Source: Chitinophaga pinensis
Lineage (GTDB): Bacteria > Bacteroidota > Bacteroidia > AKYH767-A > OLB10
Reading direction: 5' to 3'
Assembly (NCBI GenBank): GCA_945872015.1
Contig: CAMBYJ010000001.1
Coordinates: forward strand, 1-47,132
DNA length: 47,132 nt
In this document: one piece after another, positions 20,069 through 28,565 of the stretch
Layout: each line of letters begins with the position of its first letter
Position numbering within the stretch: position 1 is the stretch's first letter
Made by a program: the position numbers and the translations under genes
Notes under the pieces: model-generated
The model's input: the letters and a program-made list of their open reading frames with translations, nothing else
What the model was told of the DNA's origin: nothing
Databases searched by the model: none

Positions 20069-20139
20069 TTGACCGACAAGGATTCGAACCTTGAAAGGCA
20101 GAATCAAAATCTGCAGTGTTGCCATTACACCATCGGTCA
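20069..20139 (-). tRNA. tRNA-Gln(TTG): tRNA-Gln (anticodon TTG), 71 nt, CCA not encoded.
   Basis: Hand-folded cloverleaf: acceptor TGACCGA/TCGGTCA, D stem GTGT/ACAC, anticodon stem GCAGA/TCTGC with loop TTTTGAT, T arm CAAGG-TTCGAAT-CCTTG, discriminator A. Confidence 0.95.
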
Positions 20140-20155
20140 ATCAACTTTCGCGGGG

Positions 20156-20163
20156 CAAATTTA
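20156..20163 (-). promoter_or_regulatory. -7 box TAAATTTG of the tRNA-Gln promoter.
   Basis: The minus-sense sequence reads AGGTG-TAAATTTG-CCCC, 16 nt upstream of tRNA position 1. The tRNA-Asn promoter has the same flanking context. Confidence 0.55.
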
Positions 20164-20198
20164 CACCTTTTACTCTTAAATAAAAAGTGTTTTGTTAA

Positions 20199-21878
20199 TT
20201 AACCACTCACTAAAACTTTTAATTTGGTACCAACCTTCAACTGCGACGACCTTAAATTATTGATATTCTTAATCATTTCGATCGTAACACCGTTGTATCT
20301 CTTAGCAATATTCCACAAAGTATCTCCTGGTTGAACCAAATGATAGACGTATTTTGGTTGTTTTACCTGATTTGTTGTGTTCGTATTTGAATTATCAGTG
20401 ATAGTTGTATCTGCTTGAGTTACCACATTTGCAGACTTTGAACCTGTTTCATTAGCAACAGACGAATTGGGTTTATTGTTAGCCTGATTGTTATTATTCT
20501 CAATAGGGACTTTTACTTTAACCGTAGCGTTTACAGAAAGTTTTTGCCCTTTTAACAACTTATTTGATTTAAGTCGATTGATTCGTTTTAACTCAGCTGT
20601 CGACATATTATAAATTGCAGCCACCGATGCTACCGACTCATTCTTACGCACAATATGCGTTTTTACAACCTTCTTATCGACAAACTTATATTGCGTTTTT
20701 ACCTCTGGCTGTTCAGCCGTATTCACACCTGATGAATCTGTTTGTTGAGCAACTGCAGTAGTATCTGTTGAAGAAGTATCACGCACAACTACTCTCGCAA
20801 CCACAGGCATTACAGGCTTTGGTGCCGGAGTAGATAATGCTAATATCTGCTCTTCTTTGGCCATGTATAATGCAATTTTATTAGTCGGTAAACGAAGCGT
20901 ATAGCGTTCTTCTGTATCAGGAATATAGTTCTTCTTGTAAATAGGATTCAAGAATGAAATAACATCTAAGGGTAAGTCGATTTGATTAGCAAGCACATTA
21001 AAGTTCACCTGCTTGGTTACATTAATTGTATCCACCTGAAAGTAAGAATAAGCAGGAGTAATCGGGTATAAATTATGCTCACGCGAATAATTCATTACAT
21101 AGGTAACAGCAATAAAAGCCGGTACATAACTTCTTGTTTCTGCTGGCAAATACTGCATAATTTCCCAGAAGTTCTTTTTACCTCCTGAACGCTTTATTGC
21201 TTTATTAACGTTGCCAGCACCACAGTTGTATGAAGCAATTACCAATAACCAATCCCCATAAATCGAATACATGTCTTTGAAGTACTTACAAGCTGCATAC
21301 GTTGATTTTACTGGATCACGACGATCATCTGTAAATGAATTAACCTTTAAATCATAGATGATTCCTGTTGAATACATAAACTGCCATAGACCAGTTGCTC
21401 CTACTCGGGAAACTGCTACGGGATTAAGTGCTGATTCAATGATTGATAAATACTTAAACTCTAAAGGCAATCCTTCTTTATCTAATACCTCTTCGTACAT
21501 TGGAAAATAAAGATTAGATAAACCCATTACACGTTGCGTTAATGCTCTTCTTTTATATGCATATAAGTCTATAAAATCCTTTACATATCGGTTATACGAA
21601 AGTGGAATTGGACAAGAAATTTTAGACATTCTGGCGATGTATTCCTCTTCAGAAAAATAAGGGATAACACCTGTATTGGCCATGCTTGCATTAAAGCAAT
21701 TAGCATCTAAGCAATTGAATCTAACGACGTGATTTAAAGTAACTAAACTATCCAGCATACTTGAAATAGCTGTGATGTTTTGTGTAGAATCGCTAACCTG
21801 TGCAACCGAAGATTTTGTACCCATCAGGGAAAAGAAAAAAATCAAGAAAATTTTACTTAATTTTTTTAATGAGTTCAT
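20199..21878 (-). CDS. Membrane-bound lytic murein transglycosylase (MltD-like) with two C-terminal LysM domains.
   Basis: The SLT motif is ESALNPVAVSRVGATGLWQFMYSTG. The LysM repeats are HIVRKNESVASVAAIYNMS..LKGQKLSV and YHLVQPGDTLWNIAKRYNGV..LKVGTKLKV. The linker is N/T-rich. Confidence 0.85.
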   Translation of the reverse strand: MNSLKKLSKIFLIFFFSLMGTKSSVAQVSDSTQNITAISSMLDSLVTLNHVVRFNCLDANCFNASMANTGVIPYFSEEEYIARMSKISCPIPLSYNRYVKDFIDLYAYKRRALTQRVMGLSNLYFPMYEEVLDKEGLPLEFKYLSIIESALNPVAVSRVGATGLWQFMYSTGIIYDLKVNSFTDDRRDPVKSTYAACKYFKDMYSIYGDWLLVIASYNCGAGNVNKAIKRSGGKKNFWEIMQYLPAETRSYVPAFIAVTYVMNYSREHNLYPITPAYSYFQVDTINVTKQVNFNVLANQIDLPLDVISFLNPIYKKNYIPDTEERYTLRLPTNKIALYMAKEEQILALSTPAPKPVMPVVARVVVRDTSSTDTTAVAQQTDSSGVNTAEQPEVKTQYKFVDKKVVKTHIVRKNESVASVAAIYNMSTAELKRINRLKSNKLLKGQKLSVNATVKVKVPIENNNNQANNKPNSSVANETGSKSANVVTQADTTITDNSNTNTTNQVKQPKYVYHLVQPGDTLWNIAKRYNGVTIEMIKNINNLRSSQLKVGTKLKVLVSG

Positions 21879-22075
21879 TCGCTTTAGCTTATATTTTGGG
21901 TTAGACGATTAATTGTGGAAGACATTTGAAGTAATTAACAAGTTAACGCAACTACTTATTTTTATTGTGTAACAAAAAGCATTTGATTGTCAATTTGTTA
22001 TAAGCACATTAAAAATGTGTCAGTCACAAATTTAGAGAAAAAGATTAAAAAATGGTGAATAAAGTATGAAGAGCT

Positions 22076-23146
22076 TTATTCGGCTATTTTAACGGAGTCT
22101 TGTTGAGACCTAAAAAAGAGCTTCAAAAAGTAAGGCGATAAACAAAAAACAACCGCCATTCCTAAAAGAATGTAAAGTAAAACCAAGCTTGAAATATTAC
22201 GAAGTAACATTGCAGTAGTAATAAAGGCAATGTTTATCACATATAATGTTAATGTTGCTTCTCTGTGTGTCATTCCCAAATCCAGCAAATTATGATGAAT
22301 GTGATTTCTATCGGCTTCAAATGGTGATTTTCCATTCAAAATTCTGACTAAGAAAATTCTAAAGGTATCAACCAAGGGAATAATCAAAATAGCAATGGCC
22401 ATAGCTGGACTAGATCGGAAAGGAAATTCAAACGGCAATGATTCGAAACTTAGTCCAATAAACTTAATAGCAAGCACTGATAAAATCAAACCTACAACAA
22501 GCGAACCTGTATCGCCCATAAAGATTGAAGCAGGATTAAAGTTATAAATCAAGAATGCAATTAACGAACTGAATAACGCGAATGATAAAATACAAAGTCC
22601 AATATTGCCATAGTTATAAAACCATAATCCAAACGTAAACGATGCAATTGCACCCACACCACCAGCTAATCCATCAATACCATCAATTAAATTATAGGCA
22701 TTAATAATCGTAAGTATTGTAAAGATTGAAAGACCAGCGCTAAACCAATATGGAATCTGATAAATCCCAAATATTCCACATAAACTAGTGACTCTGATGT
22801 TGGCAAAAAAGACAATTATAATAGCCGCTAATACCTGACCAATTAATTTTTTATGTGCTGTCAATTCAAACAAGTCATCTTTTATTCCTATAAAAAACAT
22901 GACAATAATTGCAGCGATGATATACTGAGAAACACTGGTTTCTAATGTTGCTGAACAGAATGTATAAGAGAAAACAGTCCCTGCAAATATGGCCAAACCA
23001 CCTAACGTAGGGATGTTTTGTGCATGTTGTTTTCTTTCTGTAGGCTCATCAAATAACCCTTTCAACACCGATACCCTGATAATTGCCGGAATAGCAAAAA
23101 AGGTGATGATGAAGGCGATTGACGAAGAAAGTAGAATTATAAACAT
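22076..23146 (-). CDS. Polyprenyl-phosphate sugar-1-phosphate transferase (WecA/MraY family, glycosyltransferase family 4).
   Basis: About 10-11 TM segments are present, with the family motif AYNLIDGIDGLAGG and the N-terminal cytoplasmic loop ..KQHAQNIPTLGG. Confidence 0.85.
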   Translation of the reverse strand: MFIILLSSSIAFIITFFAIPAIIRVSVLKGLFDEPTERKQHAQNIPTLGGLAIFAGTVFSYTFCSATLETSVSQYIIAAIIVMFFIGIKDDLFELTAHKKLIGQVLAAIIIVFFANIRVTSLCGIFGIYQIPYWFSAGLSIFTILTIINAYNLIDGIDGLAGGVGAIASFTFGLWFYNYGNIGLCILSFALFSSLIAFLIYNFNPASIFMGDTGSLVVGLILSVLAIKFIGLSFESLPFEFPFRSSPAMAIAILIIPLVDTFRIFLVRILNGKSPFEADRNHIHHNLLDLGMTHREATLTLYVINIAFITTAMLLRNISSLVLLYILLGMAVVFCLSPYFLKLFFRSQQDSVKIAE

Positions 23147-23322
23147 ACTGTTATCTAATAGACACGAAGGTATTTAATTGAAATCTGAAATGCTCTTAAT
23201 TTTTGTCAAATCATGATAATACTTGGTGAAATATCATATTTTAACAAGAAAGCATTGTACCCTGGTGTAAAAAAATAGTTTCAGAAATTGCCACTAAATA
23301 TCTAATCTAACAGAAAATTAGG

Positions 23323-24099
23323 TTAATTGCCTTTAAATTCTGCCTTACGTTTTCCTAAAAAAGCTTCGGTTCCTTCTTTAAAATCATTCGTCACGAAACA
23401 AGCTCCAAATCGCTCGATTTCCGTTGTATATCCATTGCTCTCTTTATCATAACAAGCATTCACCGTTTTCACAATCTCGCCAATAGCTAATGGCGCCATA
23501 TCAATAATCTTATTCAAAATCTCTTCGCACTTTGCAATCAGATTATCTTGCGGCACCACATGATTCACTAAACCTAATCGGTGTGCTTCATTCGCATCAA
23601 TCACATCGGCTGTCATTAATAATTCCATTGCCTTGCTCTTGCCAATCAACATTGGTAAACGTTGTGTTCCTCCGTATCCTGGTATCAAACCTAACTTCAC
23701 TTCGGGCTGACCAAATTTTGCATTTTCTGCGGCTACGCGCATATGACAAGCCATTGCTAATTCACATCCACCACCTAAAGCAAATCCGTTAACAGCTGCA
23801 ATCACTGGTTTCGCACATGCTTCAATCGAATTAAAAACTGCATGTCCGTGAGCAGATAATGCTTTACCTTCTTCCAACGAATAAGCCGCGAACTCGCTGA
23901 TATCAGCACCAGCCACAAATGCTTTTGTTCCTGCGCCTGTTAAAATAATTCCTCCAACACTATTATCAGTTGAAGCAGCATTTATAGCTACACCAATTTC
24001 TGCAATTGTATTTTTATTTAATGCATTTAATTTATCAGGGCGATTAACCGTAACAATTAAAATTTTTCCTTTTTGTTCTGTTGTAATATTCTGATACAT
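23323..24099 (-). CDS. Enoyl-CoA hydratase/isomerase (crotonase family).
   Basis: Motifs present: ..FVAGADISEF.. and ..NGFALGGGCELAMACHMRVA... The length is 258 aa. Confidence 0.9.
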   Translation of the reverse strand: MYQNITTEQKGKILIVTVNRPDKLNALNKNTIAEIGVAINAASTDNSVGGIILTGAGTKAFVAGADISEFAAYSLEEGKALSAHGHAVFNSIEACAKPVIAAVNGFALGGGCELAMACHMRVAAENAKFGQPEVKLGLIPGYGGTQRLPMLIGKSKAMELLMTADVIDANEAHRLGLVNHVVPQDNLIAKCEEILNKIIDMAPLAIGEIVKTVNACYDKESNGYTTEIERFGACFVTNDFKEGTEAFLGKRKAEFKGN

Positions 24100-24104
24100 A
24101 AAAA

Positions 24105-24509
24105 TTATCTTCTGTTTTTATTTACCCAATCGGTGATGTAATTAATAATCGTTTTTGTGTCGGTGCCCGGCGCAAATAATTCTCCGCAGCCCATATCCGC
24201 CAGTTTTTTCATATCTGCATCGGGAATAATTCCACCTCCTGTTAACAATACATCGGTCAGCGATTTCTCTTTCATCAAATTTAAAATCTTTGGAAAGACA
24301 GTCATGTGCGCGCCTGATAAAATGCTAACTCCAATCACATCTACATCTTCTTGCAAGGCTGCATTCACTACCATTTCTGGCGTCTGACGAAGTCCGGTAT
24401 AAATGACTTCCATTCCTGCATCACGTAAAAAAGAAGCAATCACTTTTGCCCCACGATCGTGACCGTCTAATCCTACTTTTGCTATTAATACTCGAATAGG
24501 TCTGTTCAT
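24105..24509 (-). CDS. Stand-alone cobalamin (B12)-binding domain protein (small-subunit type of methylmalonyl/isobutyryl-CoA mutase).
   Basis: The sequence [18 protein letters not shown] carries the DxHxxG motif, followed by ..GVSILSGAH.. and ..[10 protein letters not shown] prefer the ATG at 24509 (MNRPIRV..) over the GTG-initiated 145-aa version in the track. Confidence 0.85.
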   Translation of the reverse strand: MNRPIRVLIAKVGLDGHDRGAKVIASFLRDAGMEVIYTGLRQTPEMVVNAALQEDVDVIGVSILSGAHMTVFPKILNLMKEKSLTDVLLTGGGIIPDADMKKLADMGCGELFAPGTDTKTIINYITDWVNKNRR

Positions 24510-24547
24510 TGTACAAAAATGATAAATTAATTCATACAACACGAATT

Positions 24548-24579
24548 AAAAAACAAAGAGGAGCAAAAATTTGCTCCTC
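24548..24579 (-). terminator. Intrinsic terminator ending the three-gene operon 27391->24594.
   Basis: The minus-sense RNA has stem GAGGAGCA/UGCUCCUC followed by UUUGUUUUUU. It lies 15 nt after the stop at 24594. Confidence 0.8.
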
Positions 24580-24593
24580 CTGACCTGAAATAC

Positions 24594-25454
24594 TTATACT
24601 GCTATTGACCGCTCATCTATTTTTACTCCCGCATCATTTTCAATTACAATTTTATAATCACCTGTTGCAATATCCGATAGATTAATATTCAACGGAATTG
24701 TACATTGCCCTGCTGGCTGATTTAAAAATGCAGAAATGGTTTTTACCGATTTGCCTTCGCTGTTATACAACTTAACCTGAACGTTAGTAGGCTTTGTTAA
24801 CACCACTTGCATATCGCCCTGTATTAATGTTGGAACATTAGAAAAATCTAAATCATTACCAGTTTGCGATGGCGCATAATGTTTTTGATACCAAGGGAAC
24901 TCTGCATTTTCATTATCGCAAATACGTTTTAACAATTCTTTCTCGTTGTCAGAATACACTATGATAGAATTTAAACTATGTCCGTTGGTATAATGCCAAA
25001 CTACCTGTTGCGCTAAGGAGTTGTTGTTGATTCGTAAATTATTTAAATCGGTTAATGCCTGTACTAAAAGTTGCGGACCCATACTTGTTCTTCCAAATCG
25101 AGTGTCGTGCATAGGACTCTTAGCGCTACTGTTTCCGCAACGTGCGTAAATCATTACTTCATCTTGTGCGTGTGGTGCTAGTGCAATTATTGAAGGACGC
25201 GTAACAACATACGGCTGTATGTCCTGCGTTGCATAAAATATTCGGCCTGCCTCTAGTTGAACATTAACCGGATTATTTGAGTTGTTGTTTATCTCCAACT
25301 CCATAGATCGATTAGCTGCATAATCTGTACTCACCTGATAAGAAATAAGTCCGCGTTTAATTGCATCTTCAAAGGTTACCATTGTGGATCCGAAGGAAGC
25401 AGTAGTGATCATCCACCCAGTCATCACTACCATAAGCTTAATTTTGTTTCTCAT
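24594..25454 (-). CDS. Secreted hypothetical protein (third gene of the trio); the C-terminal roughly 75 aa are beta-sandwich/CTD-like.
   Basis: I prefer the ATG at 25454 (MRNKIKLMVVMTGWMITTASFGS = signal peptide), 4 nt after the upstream stop. No recognisable catalytic motif is present. The tail VQVKLYNSEGKSVKTIS..GDYKIVIENDAGV loosely resembles T9SS-type sorting domains. Confidence 0.65.
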   Translation of the reverse strand: MRNKIKLMVVMTGWMITTASFGSTMVTFEDAIKRGLISYQVSTDYAANRSMELEINNNSNNPVNVQLEAGRIFYATQDIQPYVVTRPSIIALAPHAQDEVMIYARCGNSSAKSPMHDTRFGRTSMGPQLLVQALTDLNNLRINNNSLAQQVVWHYTNGHSLNSIIVYSDNEKELLKRICDNENAEFPWYQKHYAPSQTGNDLDFSNVPTLIQGDMQVVLTKPTNVQVKLYNSEGKSVKTISAFLNQPAGQCTIPLNINLSDIATGDYKIVIENDAGVKIDERSIAV

Positions 25455-25458
25455 AGTT

Positions 25459-26184
25459 TTATTTATTTGATAAGTTTTGTTTTTCAATAAGGTCGTTACG
25501 ACTAATTTTTAAATTCATGCTTTCGCCTCTGTCAAATCCGTTTCGCAAATCGATATGCGCACCAATCAGATTTTTTTTAAGTCCGTAATGCTTTCCTTCT
25601 TTATCGATAATTTCTACATCAATAAATCCTGCGAACTGCAAATCAGAAACAGGAATATTTATTTTTGATTGTGGCTTTTCATATAAAGCATTGTAAGCTG
25701 TTGAAGGATTTTTTTGTGCAACACTAACTGTTAAAATTTTACAACCTGATGGTGCAATTATGTTTAGTCCGCTGTTTAACTTTTCATCAGGAGAAAAGAA
25801 GCCATATACACCAGGGCAATTGATTGTAGTGTAATAGGCGCCATTCTTTTTATTCCGATCGATGCGAAATTTAGGAGACGATTCTTTCACCCAGCGTTTC
25901 TTTTGAATATCCCAGCGGTACCATAGCAGATTTTTAAATTCCATTTTTGAATCTGCGTTCAGCTTTACTTCTACCGGATTATCCAAACATCTTTTTCCAT
26001 CGATGGTGAGTTCACAAATGCTGACGGCATTGATGATTTTATTTTTATCATCTAACGTAGAGTATTTAGCGCTCCATTCATCAAAAGATAAAATTCGCAA
26101 ATCGGAAGTTTCTTGTGGGGTTTGTGAAATAGCAACCTTGCATATTAAAAAGCAAACCATAATTATTAATGCTCTTGTTTTCAT
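25459..26184 (-). CDS. Secreted hypothetical protein (second gene of the trio).
   Basis: The signal peptide is MKTRALIIMVCFLICKVAISQ. The start lies 1 nt after the upstream stop. The protein shares a W..W / C-P..G-x-Y motif region with the 401-aa neighbour. Confidence 0.65.
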   Translation of the reverse strand: MKTRALIIMVCFLICKVAISQTPQETSDLRILSFDEWSAKYSTLDDKNKIINAVSICELTIDGKRCLDNPVEVKLNADSKMEFKNLLWYRWDIQKKRWVKESSPKFRIDRNKKNGAYYTTINCPGVYGFFSPDEKLNSGLNIIAPSGCKILTVSVAQKNPSTAYNALYEKPQSKINIPVSDLQFAGFIDVEIIDKEGKHYGLKKNLIGAHIDLRNGFDRGESMNLKISRNDLIEKQNLSNK

Positions 26185-26185
26185 A

Positions 26186-27391
26186 TTACTTAATTTGTTT
26201 AAGGGTTACTGTTTTTTCATTATCGAAATCATCATAGACCTGATATCCTTTTGCAGGAAAATTCACTTTTAATCCGTGAACAACACCATAATTTTTTGAT
26301 GATGTTTTAATTTTAAATTGATGTCCTACCATATGCTCCCAGTCTTGCACGCCAGAATATTTTATTTTTCCATTTTCATCAATAATTGAATACTGCACCG
26401 TCATATCGTCTGTTAATTTTGGAAGAAGAAATAACATTGCAGTACCACCGTTAACAGGAGTTCCTTCCCAATTACAATACACACTTTTTTGTATCGTTGC
26501 TGATGTAAATGCTGTCCCTTTTGGTGCGCGGATTAACAAAGCGTTTTTATTTTGATCGAGTGCCATGATACGATAATATCCTGAAGTTGAAACTGGACAA
26601 CATAAATACGATTGTCTTTCGTTAATTGCTTTTCTCGGATATTTAAATTGTGCGGGTAGCCACATCCTTGAGTTGGCATCAAAATATTCCATGGTAAGCA
26701 ACTTGGCCGACATAGTAGATTTATATGGAATTAATACTTCATCCATGATAGTATCATTCGCCAGTTTATCGATTTTGAAAAAGGCAATAATGCTGGATGC
26801 ATCTACGGTATTGTATTTTTCCAATGTCTCGCTGAATTTCTCGTTATTGTTATAAGGATCGATTGAACGAACAGCTGGCACTCCAGATTTTAGCAGGTAA
26901 TCACAAATTCTGTATTTCAATGAATAGCCATTTTCTAATTTAATCAGTGTATCCTTGGCACAAAGAGGATCGGGATTATAGACTAATGTAGTTGGATTCT
27001 TTTTCTCAACTCCGCTTGCTTTATAATAAACGAGTACTTGTCCGCTTATAATTACTTTCCCTGCGGGATTATTAGTTATTGCTGTTTGCTCCATAGCTAT
27101 TCTTGATGGAGGAATCCCTTCGGCTAATAATAAATAGCCCAATTTATCAGCACATTTTTTATCTCTCTCATCGGAATAGACCACCGTTACAAAATCGGCA
27201 GCAAACATATCATTGGATGCAGCTCGAATGTCAGCAATCGCATTGGTATCGAGGATTTCGGGTTTACGTCCTACATCGACCAGGATATTTTTATAGACTT
27301 TGGTGGTATCGCTCGCATTACTCTTGAACGATAAAATACTCAATGCTCCCAGCATGAATAGTACTGCATTAACTTTTATTTGTCGTTTCAT
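26186..27391 (-). CDS. Secreted hypothetical protein (first gene of the trio).
   Basis: The signal peptide is MKRQIKVNAVLFMLGALSILSFKSNA. I recognise no family. The segment ..CADKLGYLLLAEGIPPSRIAMEQ faintly recalls the end of OmpA-like domains. Confidence 0.65.
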   Translation of the reverse strand: MKRQIKVNAVLFMLGALSILSFKSNASDTTKVYKNILVDVGRKPEILDTNAIADIRAASNDMFAADFVTVVYSDERDKKCADKLGYLLLAEGIPPSRIAMEQTAITNNPAGKVIISGQVLVYYKASGVEKKNPTTLVYNPDPLCAKDTLIKLENGYSLKYRICDYLLKSGVPAVRSIDPYNNNEKFSETLEKYNTVDASSIIAFFKIDKLANDTIMDEVLIPYKSTMSAKLLTMEYFDANSRMWLPAQFKYPRKAINERQSYLCCPVSTSGYYRIMALDQNKNALLIRAPKGTAFTSATIQKSVYCNWEGTPVNGGTAMLFLLPKLTDDMTVQYSIIDENGKIKYSGVQDWEHMVGHQFKIKTSSKNYGVVHGLKVNFPAKGYQVYDDFDNEKTVTLKQIK

Positions 27392-27565
27392 ACAATATAA
27401 GTTTAAAGGTTAGACAAATTTTTCAGGCAGTAAATTTTCAGTCCATGCAGTGGATAATTTTTATAAACAGTAAATAAATTTTATTGAGTTAATGTGGTTA
27501 ACGAAATATTAACGCAAACCTTTATTTATATATTGTGTTTGATTCGGTTTCATTCATCAATATTA

Positions 27566-27628
27566 GTTTGCCGAGCGGAGTCGAGGTAAACTTTTCGATA
27601 GCGCTTACTTCGACTTCGCTCAGTAAGC
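27566..27628. repeat. GC-rich 63-nt imperfect palindrome (24-bp arms, 15-nt loop), possibly a Bacteroidota extragenic palindromic element.
   Basis: The left arm is GTTTGCCGAGCGGAGTCGAGGTAA (27566-27589), the loop is ACTTTTCGATAGCGC, and the right arm is TTACTTCGACTTCGCTCAGTAAGC (27605-27628). As plus-strand RNA this gives 19 Watson-Crick pairs, 4 G-U pairs and 1 C-A mismatch. Confidence 0.7.
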
Positions 27629-28329
27629 TAGAACCCTGTTTGACTTTCATCGGGTTTAAAGGGCGAGTCTTGTTGATGTAGCTTTATTGCTTTTTTCGAC
27701 ACATAATATCCAACAATCAATGATGCCAATGCGCCTCCATAAATACCAAAGTTATCTCCATTAAAAATAAAGAAATCATAGAGTCCGTGTAATACAGAAG
27801 CGGCTATCAAACCGATAGTGCCAAATCCTCTTTTATCAAAATGCTTTTGTATTCCTAGAAAATATCCGATGATAACAGCAAAAAATGCATGTGCTGGTAC
27901 AGCTGTAAACATCCGAAGAAAAGCGACCGTCATACCATTTTGCATTACATACATGATATTTTCTGCTGTGGCAAATCCCATACTTACCATTACTGAATAG
28001 GTGATTCCATCAAACGGTTCATTGAAATGTTCCGAACGATAAGCGAATCGTCGAGTGAAAAAATATTTCGAGCCTTCTTCCATCAAACCAATTCCAACAA
28101 TACATGCTATTAGTCCTTCGAGGATATTAGTTGATGAAGATGATAATCCTGTTTCTTTAAATATTAATTCCAGAATAATTGCAGGAATTATACTAGCTAC
28201 TCCTAAAAAGAACGATTTAATGATTAACGATAATGGTTCACGATCGTATTTATCTTGCCAGAAAACATAATAAGCGATGGCTAAACCTGGTGCGATGGCT
28301 AAACCTAAAAGCGTTAAATAATGATTCAT
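27628..28329 (-). CDS. PrsW-family intramembrane metalloprotease.
   Basis: Multiple TM segments are present, with motifs ..LMEEGSKYF.. (EExxK) and ..VLHGLYDFF.. (HxxxD). Confidence 0.8.
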   Translation of the reverse strand: MNHYLTLLGLAIAPGLAIAYYVFWQDKYDREPLSLIIKSFFLGVASIIPAIILELIFKETGLSSSSTNILEGLIACIVGIGLMEEGSKYFFTRRFAYRSEHFNEPFDGITYSVMVSMGFATAENIMYVMQNGMTVAFLRMFTAVPAHAFFAVIIGYFLGIQKHFDKRGFGTIGLIAASVLHGLYDFFIFNGDNFGIYGGALASLIVGYYVSKKAIKLHQQDSPFKPDESQTGF

Positions 28330-28529
28330 TGTAAATCGGATTTTATTTTCTTGTTCATGAACCGATGTGCCTTATCCACTACAATTGCGTAACTCTTGCC
28401 TTCGAAAAAAACATTTTCTTCTTGCTGGTGTTTATCATCGATTGCTAATGTAAAAAGTCCATCATCATCCATTGTTAATGTAATTGCATACTTTAGCAAA
28501 ATCTGCTTTAGCTTCGTGGTATTTCGCAT
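28326..28529 (-). CDS. Small (67 aa) hypothetical protein translationally coupled to prsW.
   Basis: Its stop overlaps the prsW start as ATGA (28326-28329). It has no TM segment and contains an acidic patch (MDDDGLF..IDDKHQQEE). Confidence 0.5.
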   Translation of the reverse strand: MRNTTKLKQILLKYAITLTMDDDGLFTLAIDDKHQQEENVFFEGKSYAIVVDKAHRFMNKKIKSDLQ

Positions 28530-28565
28530 GACTAAAAATAATAATTAATATAACATACAATCACC

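Noticed and set aside
22027-22034. CAAATTTA (TAAATTTG in gene sense) as the mltD promoter.
   Set aside because: It lies 150 nt upstream of the ATG with no -33 element. It is plausible, but too weak to list as a feature.
27566-27628. Strand assignment of the long hairpin from wobble pairs (4 G-U pairs on the plus-strand RNA against 1 on the minus strand).
   Set aside because: Four against one is not statistically meaningful: about a 0.4 two-sided probability if transitions fall randomly. I left the strand undetermined.
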